From assembly GCA_023213395.1 (NCBI GenBank), contig CM041465.1, positions 42,353,741 to 42,417,740 of the forward strand: a DNA stretch of 64,000 nucleotides, written 5' to 3'. Below are positions 1-11,509 of this stretch, piece by piece. The stretch comes from Cycas panzhihuaensis (lineage: Eukaryota; Plantae; Cycadophyta). Both the position numbers and the translations under genes were made by a program. Under the pieces are notes generated by a model that was given only the letters and a program-made list of their open reading frames with translations, was not told the DNA's origin and did not search any database. How positions within the stretch are numbered: position 1 is the stretch's first letter; every line of letters starts with the position of its first letter.

Positions 1-3000
1 GTGGTTGGGGTTTAACTCTGTGAACCTATAAAGCCATGTCCCTGTAAAGACTGGCGGCTTTCTCTGTTTCGTTAACATTAACTCTACCTGCCAATTCTGT
101 GGATCTTTGATTCCTCCATAGCATGCAAAACAGTGGCAAGGGTTTCCATCTCTCCATTTTTGGGCGCACTGTGTGATCTCTCTTTTGGGCGGACGACTTT
201 ATAAAAAGGAAAGACAATTCTATCTGATCTCTGTGTGATCTTCACGCCTTCTCCATGGTTTTTGCATGGATTTCTCTAGTCTGTCCATTCTGTGATGCAA
301 TAGAGATGGCATAACTTGATGTAGGGGTTTTACACATAAAACAAGCGTTCTTCATTTGTGTGGGATATTGTTCCAACTAAGTGGGCAACGTGACTGGCGA
401 CCTTCTATGTCTGTAACTTTGTTTGACTCCTGCAACACTTGCCTACCTGCTAAGGTGACCTCCTCTGTGTCTCTATTGTCTAGGTGTGTCTCACCTACGT
501 GTAGCTCTCTTGTCGACTTCCGTGACTCTTGCATACTGGCTTCTGTCGATCCGCATGACTCCTCTGTGAGTTTTTCTTTCTGTGATCTAGCATGAAGACG
601 TTTCTCCATGTACCCACACCTAGATTCGATCACCCATTGATTTATTCAATCAATTTTTCAAACGGATTTCCACCACCCAGTAAAAATTTGTCTGTCACCC
701 GCCATTTTTGAACAAACAAAAATTTTTCATTTATCAAATGTTTTACTGCTTTAGGTTATGTAATTAAGAATATACTTTGTATATTTGTTTTTAAACTTTT
801 GATTGATAACTTAAAGTCATATATCTTTACTCTTTTTTTCTTTATTTTTAATCATAACTTTTTGTTTCGTGTGTTAATCACACTAATCTTTATAAAAAAA
901 ATTTGCAAGTGAATTCCTGAATACAATTTCACTTTTATTAAGTGATTATTATTACTTTAGTGAAATTTTTTAGTTTTGTAATGACACTAAGCTCCCTGCG
1001 AGGTTACTTAGGTCATTAAAAGTGGGTTACAGGTGACTCAAAAATCAATCTTTTCACGATTTCCTCTTAGCATGTTAATCACACTAACATTGTAAAAAAT
1101 TTACATGTGATTTGGTGATTTAATCACCTTCATTTGGCTTATTTTAAAGCCTAAATTGTACCATTTAATGTACTTTTGCTCATTGGGCTCCCTGCGTGGT
1201 GACCCGAATTAAGTGAAGCATGACTCTAAACTCAAAAGGACTACAATCAATAAAAATATATATTTTTTTGGCATGTAAGGATCATTTTTTCAATCCCAAG
1301 TGTTTGTGATGGTTGATTTGCTTCTTAAATTACTTGATGAGGCATTAAAATATGTTATTTGCAGCTATTGAATATCTCATTTAGAGATTGAATTCTGTAT
1401 TTAGTTGTATATACTGTCAATCAAGCAATTATTTTGTATTTACTAAAGCATTTTGATGAAGTTTGCAACAACTTAAAAGGGACCTACAAGCACATTTTTT
1501 AGCACAATTTAACCCACTTTATAAATCAGTTAAAATATTAAGTGGGCAGGCCCAAAAAGAGTATTTTACTCTACCTCAAATGTACTAGTAACTTGGCCAA
1601 CACTAATCCTATTATTAGGTTGGATGACTTACGAGCGAAGCCCTCCATTCAATCCACATTTTCTTTAGTCGTGTACTGATTAAATTTGGATATCGAGTGG
1701 AACTTAAGTGACATATACTCAATAGTTTCCAAGTTTTTTATCAGCTACATGGCAACTCAAATGCTTAACGCCATCATAATCAAGTTAACAGGTGCTGAAA
1801 ATTATCTCATATGGAAGAAGCAAACAAAAAATCTGTTGATAATGAATAAGTTGTGAGGCTATGTTTTTGGCGCAATTGCCAAACCCGAACCAACTCCAAA
1901 TCTAGCAAATCCACGTAATTTGATACCTATTGATCCTATTGCATTGGCTACATTTAAAGCAAAAGATGAAGTTGCACTTGCATATATTCATTTGCTTGTC
2001 AGTGATAGTGTTGATCAAAATATTGAATCCCCAACTACATCTAAGGAAGCTTGGGATATAATTGTATCTTTGTATGAACGTAGAGATGATGCTCGAATCG
2101 TAATGTATAAAGCTAAGCTGTTTAATTTATAATATGTTGTACCTATGGCAGTTTATTTGTTATCTATTAAAGCTATTAGTAATCAGTTGACAGTTCTTGG
2201 AAAACCTATCTCAAATGAAGATCTGGTCACAACAACTATTCATGCTCTTCCTAAGGAATACAACAGCTTCATCTCAGATATCTCTCGAAATGGCACTTTA
2301 TCTATTCTAACTTTTAATGAGTAATAACAATTATTACTGCAGGAAGAAGAAATATACTCGCGACAAGATGAAGCAAGCACATCAGGTGCTTTTATAGCCA
2401 AGTTTAAATCAAAACAACCGTGTCAACCCAAGCTGAACTTTCTAAAAAATTTGGCAGTCTTAATGTTAAGTCTAAGACTGCCATTTGTCATTACTATGGC
2501 AAAGCAGGCCACATTCAGCAAGAATGCAAGAAAAGACAAAGTTATTTGTGACAACAACAACAAAATCAACATTAGCAACATTAGCAGAATCAACGCCAGC
2601 AATAGAATCAACGCCAACAACAACAACAACTTCAAGGATAAACTCGAGGTGCATTTCAAAGTGGTCGTCATGGAAATCCTAGAAGGATAGCTCATGGTGG
2701 CTTTCAAGGCCACACTGCATAGCATGATCAAAGTGACACTATCTTTTATGCATACAGTGATAGTCACAATGACAACACTTGGATCATAGATTCTGGCGCA
2801 TCACGTCATATGACAGGTGATGCAGAATTATTATCAAATTTTCAAGAATGCAAGGGAAAAGTAATGACATTTAGGGACAATGCCATTGTTAAGATATCAA
2901 GTGTAGGTCAAATTGCACCTCATGATGATCAACATTCTACATTTCCTAGTGGCAATGTGTTCTTACCTCCTAAGATGCCTAAAAATTTACTCTCTATTAG

Positions 3001-4242
3001 TCAATTAGATAAACAACAAATGAGTGTACTATTCAAAGACAGAAAATGTATAATTCAAAACAAAGAAGATCAGATAGTTGCAATAGGTCATGAAGATCGT
3101 AGCCTCCATAAATTAAACACAACATTTGGATCATCTCATGCCTTTGTCTCCCATTCTGTCAATAAGACTTAATTATGGCATGAGCAACTTGGACATCTAA
3201 ATTTGGACAGTATAAGATAGGTGTTTAGGCAAAATATGGTTTATGTCTTACCCAAAATATCAAGGGTTAATTGCCTTTATGAATCATGTCTTATGGGGAA
3301 ACAACATCGTGAACCTTTTTTAGAAAGGTAAGGCCTGGAGAGCTCAACAACTATTGTAGTTGATCCATTCTAACATTTGTGGACCCATGTCCACTCAATC
3401 ACATAGAGGATCTTCTTTCTTCATGACTTCTATTGATGATTACTCACATAAAGTGTGGGTTTATTTTCTCAAGCATAAGTCAAAAGCACCGACCAGTTTA
3501 AGAAATTTAAACTTGTTGTGGAAAATAAAACAGCCATGTGAATTAAGTTACTCAGATCCGACAATGGTGGTGAGCATATGTCTAAGGAGTTCAATCAGTA
3601 TTATATTCAAAATGGTATAAAACGACAATTCTTTGCCCCTTATACACCTCAACAAAATGGTGTGGCAGAATGCATGAACAAAGCCTTGGTCAATAAGGTG
3701 AAAGCTATGATGCATGCTCAAGGTCTCTCTCTAGCATATTGGGAAAAATCAGTCCTCATTGCTACTTATCTGTCAAACCGTAGCTCCACTTCAGCACTTT
3801 CAAGCATGACACCCGAGGAGGCTTGAACTAGTCAGAAACCCACAGTCAGTCACTTACGTACCTTTCGATGCACGGCCTAAATAAATGTTCCCCAAGAGCA
3901 AAGATGAAAATTTAATAATAAATGCCTCAAATGCATCTTTGTAGGATATGCTCCTGCCAGTAAAGCATATCGATTGTTTGATCCAATTAGTAAAAAAATG
4001 CATACTTCATGAGATGTCGTCTTTATAAGAAACAATCAGGAGATAGAATTCAGTTCCCTCCCACTCTCCCTTGATAAAGGAAAAGCAATCGTTGAGGAAT
4101 ATGTCCCCTCAACATCTTCCACACCTTGTCCTTCATCAACACCTGCTTTTTCTTCCTCGTCATCTTCTTTAGTTCTTTCATCAAGTCCTGAAAGTTCTTC
4201 AAAGATTCAAAACTCAACACCATCACAGGACAATGAAGTAAC

Positions 4243-5148
4243 TGTTGACTTATAGATTCCACTCCCTTGTGGAATCAATGCACTTGTCAAGGTTACAGTA
4301 GCTATAGTCTAGTTTCGGGATCATCAACATGGTCATACACATACATTCCACATACATCCCATATATAATTCACGAGAATGGCACACGATCTGAGAATCAA
4401 TACATACTCGAGAAATCATCATCACAACACCAAGAATACACCAATTTCCACGTAACTCTTCCTTTTATTAAGTCAACAGTTCATTTACACGTAGGTGGAA
4501 TGCATTCACGAGCATTCGGTGACATACAATCTTTCTGTTACAATGCGTACCCAGATGGTACTTATCATACAGTGATGCTCCAAATGGCTGTCATGCGTAC
4601 TGGCTCCTGCACCTTTGCGTACCCGTGATATCCAGCTCTCACCCTCGAGCACATGACATAGGAATGAATAACTCGGCTCTCACCCTCCAAAGTATATAAT
4701 ATGATTGACTCACTCGGCTCTCACACTTGAATGGTCCTCAAAGCACCATTAAATATGTCCCTTTGATGCCTTTTGGATGAAAGGTTATGACCCAAAGTCA
4801 TAACCATACCTTTTTGTCACCAAGGTACCCTTTCACTTTAATCATTAGTTATACACTTTAACTAATGTCTCTTTAGGTCTCATGCACGTCAAAATGCGTC
4901 GGCGACTTCGGGCCTCCACTAGTCCCGTACTGTCATGCGTACCGCTTCGGTTCGGTTCGGTTCCGCTCTTTGATGCGTATCGTAGTGCGTACCCGTTCAG
5001 TGCCTTTTGTCATACGTGCACGAATGTTGATTTCTTCAACTGTTTCGCCTTGTGCGTACCTCCGTCTGATGCATACTGCATTCCTTTGGTCAATACAAGC
5101 CTGTATTCCGTCTTCCTCAAGGCCTATATGTCACAATATGTCCCAACA
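4243..5148 (-). repeat. 3' LTR of the nested element (906 bp)
   Basis: Direct repeat of 8938-9835 with TG...CA ends. Confidence 0.95.
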
Positions 5149-5548
5149 TCTATCCCGGGTCAACATGATTGGGTTGAGCATCCTTGATCAACAAAAAATT
5201 CAAAATTTGGGGTATTCCTCCCCCTCTCTGTTCTAAGGCTACTCCTGCTTTGCCTACGCTTGGTCGCCATTCTTGGTTAATAAATCCTCATCTATTGGCG
5301 CTTTGTTTTGTTCAACTTTCCCTTAATTTTCCGTATGATGATATATCTTTCCTCCATGCTTCACCATATTGCTTGTTTTTATGATATGAGTTACGGTTGT
5401 TTTTCTATTTTTTAATTTTTTTTTTTTGTATTTTATGTTACATACCGAACTGAATCACGTTCCGGTATCAAGGCAATTCGATTTTGCCTCAACTTCATGC
5501 AACACGATATGGTACAACCAGCTGATCCGGTTGGTAAGTTGCTCCACC

Positions 5549-6730
5549 CTAGTTGATATAGGGTTTCAGTTTACTACCCTTGGTCATTTCAGGTAGTAGC
5601 TGACCTGATAGTTTCTTCAACTCGATAGTGCCATTCTGGTACACTTTCTCAATCATATATGGGCCTTTCCAATGCATCTTCAATTCTCCTTGGGTTGTTT
5701 GGGATTTGTTGTCGAATCGCCATACTCGATCACCCTTCTTGAAATACGATGTCTTGTCGTGGCAGTCGTGCCTTGTCCTTTTCCGCCTTTTCCTTGGTGT
5801 GGTATGCTTTGTCGATTTCTTCTTATGATCCCTTACTTGATCTTCTCCTAACCAATGTTCTCTACAATGTCTCGAATGGGAACTTCCACATAGTGGTTCT
5901 CCATAAAAGAGCTTCAGATAATCTCCAACATATTCTCCATGATTTCTATCTTCTGGAGTGGCAACTATTTCAGTCACATTCCGAGAAAGTAGGTTACATC
6001 TATAGGATGAGGGGTTGACTTCATATGCGTCCCGTAACCAATAATCCACAAATCTCATCCTGTTTCCATCGTCTGCAGAGTTGTAAATTTCTCCAAAGTG
6101 CGTCGGTTCTTCTCGCTGGTGGTTAGTTGACGTGGTGGGCTCGTCTGCCATATGGTAGAGATTTTCTTCGCCGAACGAAGAAGCTGTTGCTTCACTCGCA
6201 ATGGTTGTACTTGAACCATTGTCAGGTATCACTTCAATGGAATTCTTCCCCAACATCGGTAATACCACTTTATTCCCTTCATCTGACAAGGTGAAGGTTA
6301 CGTCTTTCCAACTTTGGAGACATTGGGTTTTGTATAGCCACGGTCTCCCCAATGAGGCTGGATAGGGAGTTGCACCTTTCTCCGTTTCCACAATCGTAAA
6401 ATCGATCTTTACGACAATTCCTACCACATCCACCTTGATGTTGGCCAGTTTTCCCACAGGTCGCACCAACAATTCGTTGGCCAATTTCAACGAATAGGTC
6501 GCCACTTCCAACTTCGGGCTTCCCAGTTTACGCCACGTCGAAGCTAGTAACACGTTTACCGCCGCGCCTTCATCAACGATTACCCATGGGAATGTTTCTC
6601 CCAAGACTGTCATGGTTACCATCGGATCCATATCGAACGATGGTATGATTTGCTTTAAACTCTTGGTGATTCCCCTCTGTAACACTCCTCCTTTGATCCA
6701 ATCAATAACTTGGGACAGAGGAATAATCAA
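5549..6730 (-). CDS. Retroviral-type aspartic protease fused in frame to an integrase C-terminal GPY/F module (393 aa ORF)
   Basis: Protease motifs VIVDEGAAVNVL, YSLKLAN...VRPVGKL and LGRPWL, then an acidic linker and basic tract, then FKKGDRVW...LKMHWKGPYMIEKVYQNGTIEL...GSKLKPY. Confidence 0.85.
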   Translation of the reverse strand: MIIPLSQVIDWIKGGVLQRGITKSLKQIIPSFDMDPMVTMTVLGETFPWVIVDEGAAVNVLLASTWRKLGSPKLEVATYSLKLANELLVRPVGKLANIKVDVVGIVVKIDFTIVETEKGATPYPASLGRPWLYKTQCLQSWKDVTFTLSDEGNKVVLPMLGKNSIEVIPDNGSSTTIASEATASSFGEENLYHMADEPTTSTNHQREEPTHFGEIYNSADDGNRMRFVDYWLRDAYEVNPSSYRCNLLSRNVTEIVATPEDRNHGEYVGDYLKLFYGEPLCGSSHSRHCREHWLGEDQVRDHKKKSTKHTTPRKRRKRTRHDCHDKTSYFKKGDRVWRFDNKSQTTQGELKMHWKGPYMIEKVYQNGTIELKKLSGQLLPEMTKGSKLKPYIN

Positions 6731-8800
6731 GCTATCGCTTTCACTAGATTTTCCATCAATAGCAACATTCTGGGGATATCCTCTGCTGGTAATCCTTTAA
6801 AAAGCTCTTCCATTTGCACCATTTGGGGTTTTGTCGTAAGTTCTTCCGGTAGTTTTTCTGGCTCTTTTTGTTTATTTTTCCGAACATAAACATATTTGGT
6901 TTCCGATTTACCCATTGGTAGTATATTTTCTTCCCGGACCAAACCATCTAACACTTGTCTCGCTTGTTTGTACCGATCCATTTCTGTTGGTGGGTTTGGA
7001 TATCCTTCATCCAATTTCTCTTTCTGCTTGTTCTGTAATTTCACATTCTTAGTTTCTGGCACGATTGTCATTAGGTTAGTCGCTTTGGCTTTACCCTTAC
7101 AATCCTCTGTTTTGTGGTCGCTTGGGCCACAATTACTGCATACGAATGGCTTCTGTTCGTATTCTTGCTTCATTGGGCATTCGGACTTCCGATTACTGAA
7201 ACAGATGAGGCATCTCCCCATCGGTTGTTTCTTCCTCGAGGGTTCTGGTGCACCCCTCGTTGTATACACATTTCGAGGTGGGTTGCCTCTTCCCCGACCT
7301 CAACCTCTAAATGCTTTTCCCCTAGGATTGTAGAAACAATCCTTGGTTGTATGTGTGTCAACCTCACATATGTGGCACCACTTCTCCTGTTGGTGCGTCG
7401 CACTGTTTTTTAAATTCAAATCACATTTCCGGGTGGTATGTGAGTTTTCCTCACAGATGTGGCACCACTTGGTTACCCTTCCAGTGTGCTCTTTCTTCTT
7501 GGGCATCTCTTCTTCTTCCCGGTTATTTCTGATTTTCAATCTTGCTACCTCTTTTCTTAGTGCCTCCAATTCCGATTCCTCTTCTGCTACCCCTACTTGG
7601 TAGAAGGGTCGGTTGTACTGGTTCTGCTTCAATTCTCTAATCTCATCTTGTAATCTTAGCAGCAAGGAATCTTGTCCTCCTGCTTGGGCATCCATTTCCA
7701 TCTCAAAATCTAATGCGGATCCACGAGCATTCTTGAATGACTTTAGCGGATGAGCATGCATCATAGCTCGCAACTTCTCATTCGACCCTCTTACGAGTAA
7801 TTCTTCATATTATGATCCGTTATCGTTTCATTGATCATGCTCGCTGCAATAATCTTCATTCGGCTAATGTAAGTTAGGACGGATTCCCCGACCTCTGCTG
7901 ATCTCTCATGATCGATTTCGGACCGTTCTTTGAAACTTTTGAAATCTTTCCTCAAATGCTTTCTTAATCTTTACCCATGGCTCATTCTTGTTTGTTTCCT
8001 TATACCAAGCCAAGGGTACTCCTCTCAATGTACTGGTGAGCGTGCTTTGATTTCATCTTCGTCTGTAATCTTTTTGACATCAATGAGGTTCTGAAATAGA
8101 TACACATGCTCTGCTGCGTCTGAAGTGTCATTAAAGATTAGTTTCCCAAAGTCTCTATAATCGTCCATTTTGGGAGATTGCAACTGTCCCCCACCTGATG
8201 GTGATCTTTCCCCTCCTCCGTCCTTTGGGGATGCACTGGGACCGTTGTATTCTCTTTCCCAAAGAGCGGATTTTTAAATGGAGTTTTTATGTGTATAGGT
8301 TCCACTACACCTGGAACTTGTATAGTCAATGGTGTTACCGTAATGTAAGATTGATCAGAACCCCTTTCTGTCGAATCTTCAAAAAACTGTCTCGTTAGCT
8401 TGTTTTCCCAATATGCCGAGGGACCTTCCTCCGCCTTCTTATCGCTGTCACCTAGGTCCCTCGGCCATCCTCCAGTATACTTCCCTCTGTTAGGATTTCT
8501 TCATGTTTTTCATCCACTTTTGTCTTCCCTTCAATTTCCGTGCTAAACAAATCATCTCCGATAGGGGGTGTCAATACCATCGTTCGCCATGGGTTTCCTC
8601 TTCCGAGGTGTCTGGCTCCACTTGCCTCGGATCCTTCAAGCGGGCATCCCTTAGTCTCGTTGTTTTGCGAACTTAACCTCCTCGCCCTTGAGTTTTGCTT
8701 CTTTTGACCATCTTAGTGCCCTTTGTCTGCTGGTTTCCTTTTCCTTGGGTGAAGTATCCTTTTGGGGCTCTTCCGACCTTGAAGGCCTCTTAGGTGGCAT
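6727..8800 (-). pseudogene. Gag of the nested element, broken by frameshifts
   Basis: Starts MPPKRPSRSEEP at 8800. A capsid-like segment (AAEHVYLFQNLIDVKKITDEDE...LRGVPLAWYK) lies at about 8120-7990. CCHC knuckles CHICEENSHTTRKC, CHICEVDTHTTKDC and CSNCGPSDHKTEDC are in ORFs 7300-7773 and 6727-7269. Confidence 0.85.
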
Positions 8801-8923
8801 TGGAAGGTCCCACAGGCTGGTGGCTTAGTTCTGACCCGCCATCACGGCGGCCTGTGGTCCTCTGCCCTTTACACATTCTTTTCCCTTGAAACCCCTAGGC
8901 CCTGTCCCTCCTCAACGGACGTA

Positions 8924-8936
8924 GGCAACGGAACCA
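8924..8936 (-). promoter_or_regulatory. Primer binding site complementary to the tRNA-Glu 3' end
   Basis: Minus strand reads TGGTTCCGTTGCC, 1 nt after the LTR. It is complementary to ...GGCAACGGAACCA, the 3' end of plant cytosolic tRNA-Glu(CTC) as recalled from memory. Confidence 0.85.
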
Positions 8937-8937
8937 A

Positions 8938-9835
8938 TGTTGACTTGGAGATTCCACTCCCTTGTGGAATCAATGCACTTGTCAAGGTTACACAGCGTTA
9001 TAGTCTAGTTTCTGGTGCCTGCCAGCATGGTCATACACATACATTCCACATACATTCCATATATAATTCACGAGAATGGTACATGATCTGTAATCAATAC
9101 ATACTTAGCAAATCATCATCACAACACCAAGAATACACCAATTTCCACGTAACTCTTCCTTTTATTAAGTTAATAGTTCATTTACACGTAGGTGGAATGC
9201 ATTCCCGAGCATTCCAAAGAAGATACAATCTTTCATTACAATGCGCACCGGATGGTACTTATCATACGATGATGCTCCAAATGGTTGTCATGCGTACTGG
9301 CTCCTGCACCTTTGCGTACCCGTGATATCCAGCTCTCACCCTCGAGCACATGACATAGGAATGAATAACTCGGCTCTCACCCTCCAAAGTATATAATATG
9401 ATTGACTCACTCGGCTCTCACACTTGAATGGTCCTCAAAGCACCATTAAATATGTCCCTTTGATGCCTTTTGGATGAAAGGTTATGACCCAAAGTCATAA
9501 CCATACCTTTTTGTCACCAAGGTACCCTTTCACTTTAATCATTAGTTATACACTTTAACTAATGTCTCTTTAGGTCCGTCGTTAAATGCGTCGTCAGCGC
9601 CTTCCCAGCCTCCACTAGTCCGTCTTGTCATGCGTGCCGCCTTGGTTCGTTCCGCCACTGCACGTATCTGTAGTGCGTGCCCGTTCACGCACCTGTCATA
9701 CGTACCCAGAATGTTGATTTCTTCACTGTTTTGCCTTGTGCGTACCTCCGTACGGTCTGTACCTGCATTCCTTTGGTCAATACAAGCCTGTATTCCGTCT
9801 TCCTCAAGGCCTATATGTCACAATATGTCCCAACA
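8938..9835 (-). repeat. 5' LTR of the nested element (898 bp)
   Basis: Direct repeat of 4243-5148, adjacent to the PBS. Confidence 0.95.
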
Positions 9836-11509
9836 GTAACATCAATGAAGAAGCTATCTCGATGGTATTTACAAACTATTGCAGGTTCACAAATTGTTGA
9901 AGGCAAACAACCATCCAAAATGTGGCCACCAACCACTATAAACTATGCACTTATGGCTGAAGTGCTTAGTACTCCTGAGCCTTCCACTTTTGAAAAGGCA
10001 TGTACAGATGAAAAGTGGCAAGCTGCCATGGATGATGAGATCCACTCTATTTATCAAAATGACACATGGGACTTGGTTGAATTACCACCAAACAAACAAG
10101 CCATTACTTGTAAGTGGATCTATAAGATTAAATATAAGTCTGGTGGCACTATTGAGCGACATAAGACTCGTCTAGTCACAAAACGTTTCAAACAACTGGG
10201 AAGGCATCGATTACAATGAGACATTTGCAGCTGTTGCAAATATGAACACCATCAGAATAGGCATGGCCTTAGCTGCTCAATGCAAGTGGCCATTGTACCA
10301 AATGGATGTCAAAAGTGCCTTTCTCAACGACAATTTGACTGAAGAGATATATCCAAAACACCATCCTGGGTATATTTCATTCAGTAATGAGCATCTTGTT
10401 TGTCGCCTTAAAAAGGCCTTGTATGGTCTAAAACAGGTGCCACGTACTTGGCATTCAAAGATTGATGATTACTTTCTTAAGCATAATTTTCATCGATCTA
10501 CATCTAACTCAAACCTCTACATCAAGGATCAAAACTAGTACATCACTCTTGTTGTACTTTATGTTGATGATTTAATCATTACAAGCAATGATACAGATTT
10601 GATAAAAAGTCTTCAAGGGGATCTAAAGAGAAGTTTTGAGATGACAAATCTCAAACTTCTTTATTACTTTCTCGACATATAAGTGTGTGGCAACAGCCAG
10701 GTCACATTTACACCTCCTAAGCCAAGTACACTTAGGACATTTTGCAATGATTCAGAATGGAAGACTACAAATCATCACCGACCCCTATGGAGACGAGCAC
10801 CAAATTGTCGATGAATGAAGAAGAAAAACCTGTTGATTCCACCCTTTTCAGATAACTAGTGGGTAGTCTCATTTACTTGACTAACACTAATGCAGTTGGA
10901 ATCTATTCCAAATTTATGATAAATCCTAATTAGCAACACTGGAATGTTGCAGAACAGATTCTTAGATACCTCAAAAGTACATTGCAGTATGGTCTCTAAT
11001 ACACACATAATGAGAACTACACATTAGAGGGATTCTCACATTCTGATTGGGATGGATGCCAAGATAACCAGAAATCTACCTCAGGTTATTGCTTCAACCT
11101 TGGCTCTGCTATTGTTTCAGGGAGTTGCAAAAAGCAACTAAATGTTACACTTTCCTCCACTTAAGTAAAATACAAAGTTGTTGTCAGTGCAGCGTGCGAA
11201 ACTATTTGGCTCAGGCGGATTCTTGGAGAGCTTGGGCTTGAGCAAACACTTCCAACACCATTATATTATGATAATCAAAGTGATATCAAAACAACTAAGA
11301 ATCCAGTATTTCATGTACAAACAAAGCATATTGAAGTCCATCACCACTTTGTTAGAGAACATATGCAACAAGGTGAAATCGACCTTGTCTAGAAGTCGAT
11401 CAATCAACAATTAGTCGACCTCTTCACCAAACCACTTGGCAGAGAGAAATTCGAGCACTTCAAAGACAGCCTTGGCATTTGACTTAATGTTGTATACATT
11501 CAAGAGGGG

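Larger units (their letters stand above)
4243..9835 (-). mobile_element. Non-autonomous Ty3/gypsy-derived LTR element (gag-protease-integrase C-terminus; no RT, RNase H or integrase core)
   Basis: LTRs at 4243-5148 and 8938-9835 (TGTTG...CAACA), perfect 5 bp TSD GTAAC (4238-4242 and 9836-9840), PBS next to the right LTR, internal minus-strand ORFs. Confidence 0.95.
1749..11480 (+). mobile_element. Ty1/copia LTR retrotransposon, decayed gag-pol, interrupted at 4243-9835 by a nested element
   Basis: Gag starts MATQMLNAIIIKLTGAENYLIWKKQ at 1749. A zinc-knuckle remnant (CHYYGKAGHIQQEC) lies near 2487, protease WIIDSGASRHMTG near 2780, and integrase HSNICGP...DDYSHKVWVYFLK...PQQNGVAE at 3360-3830. 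RT (WDLVELPPNKQAITCKWIYKIK, QMDVKSAFLN, LYVDD) spans about 10000-10900 and RNase H (TKHIEVHHHFVRE) runs to about 11480. Domain order PR-IN-RT-RH is copia; there are many stops and frameshifts. Confidence 0.95.

Noticed and set aside
1-640. Short ORFs at the window start as missing pGlcT exons or another gene
   Set aside because: No sugar-transporter motifs or other recognisable domain; more likely retroelement leader sequence.
2423-2767. Leu-rich and Asn-rich overlapping ORFs
   Set aside because: Alternative frames of the CAA-rich tract inside copia gag.
4627-4724. tRNA-Glu gene or tRNA-derived SINE in the LTR
   Set aside because: Only the anticodon-arm segment matches; there is no acceptor stem, A box or B box.
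4329-5384. Short plus-strand ORFs, duplicated at 8945-9839
   Set aside because: They lie in or next to the LTRs, antisense to the element, and show no recognisable domain.
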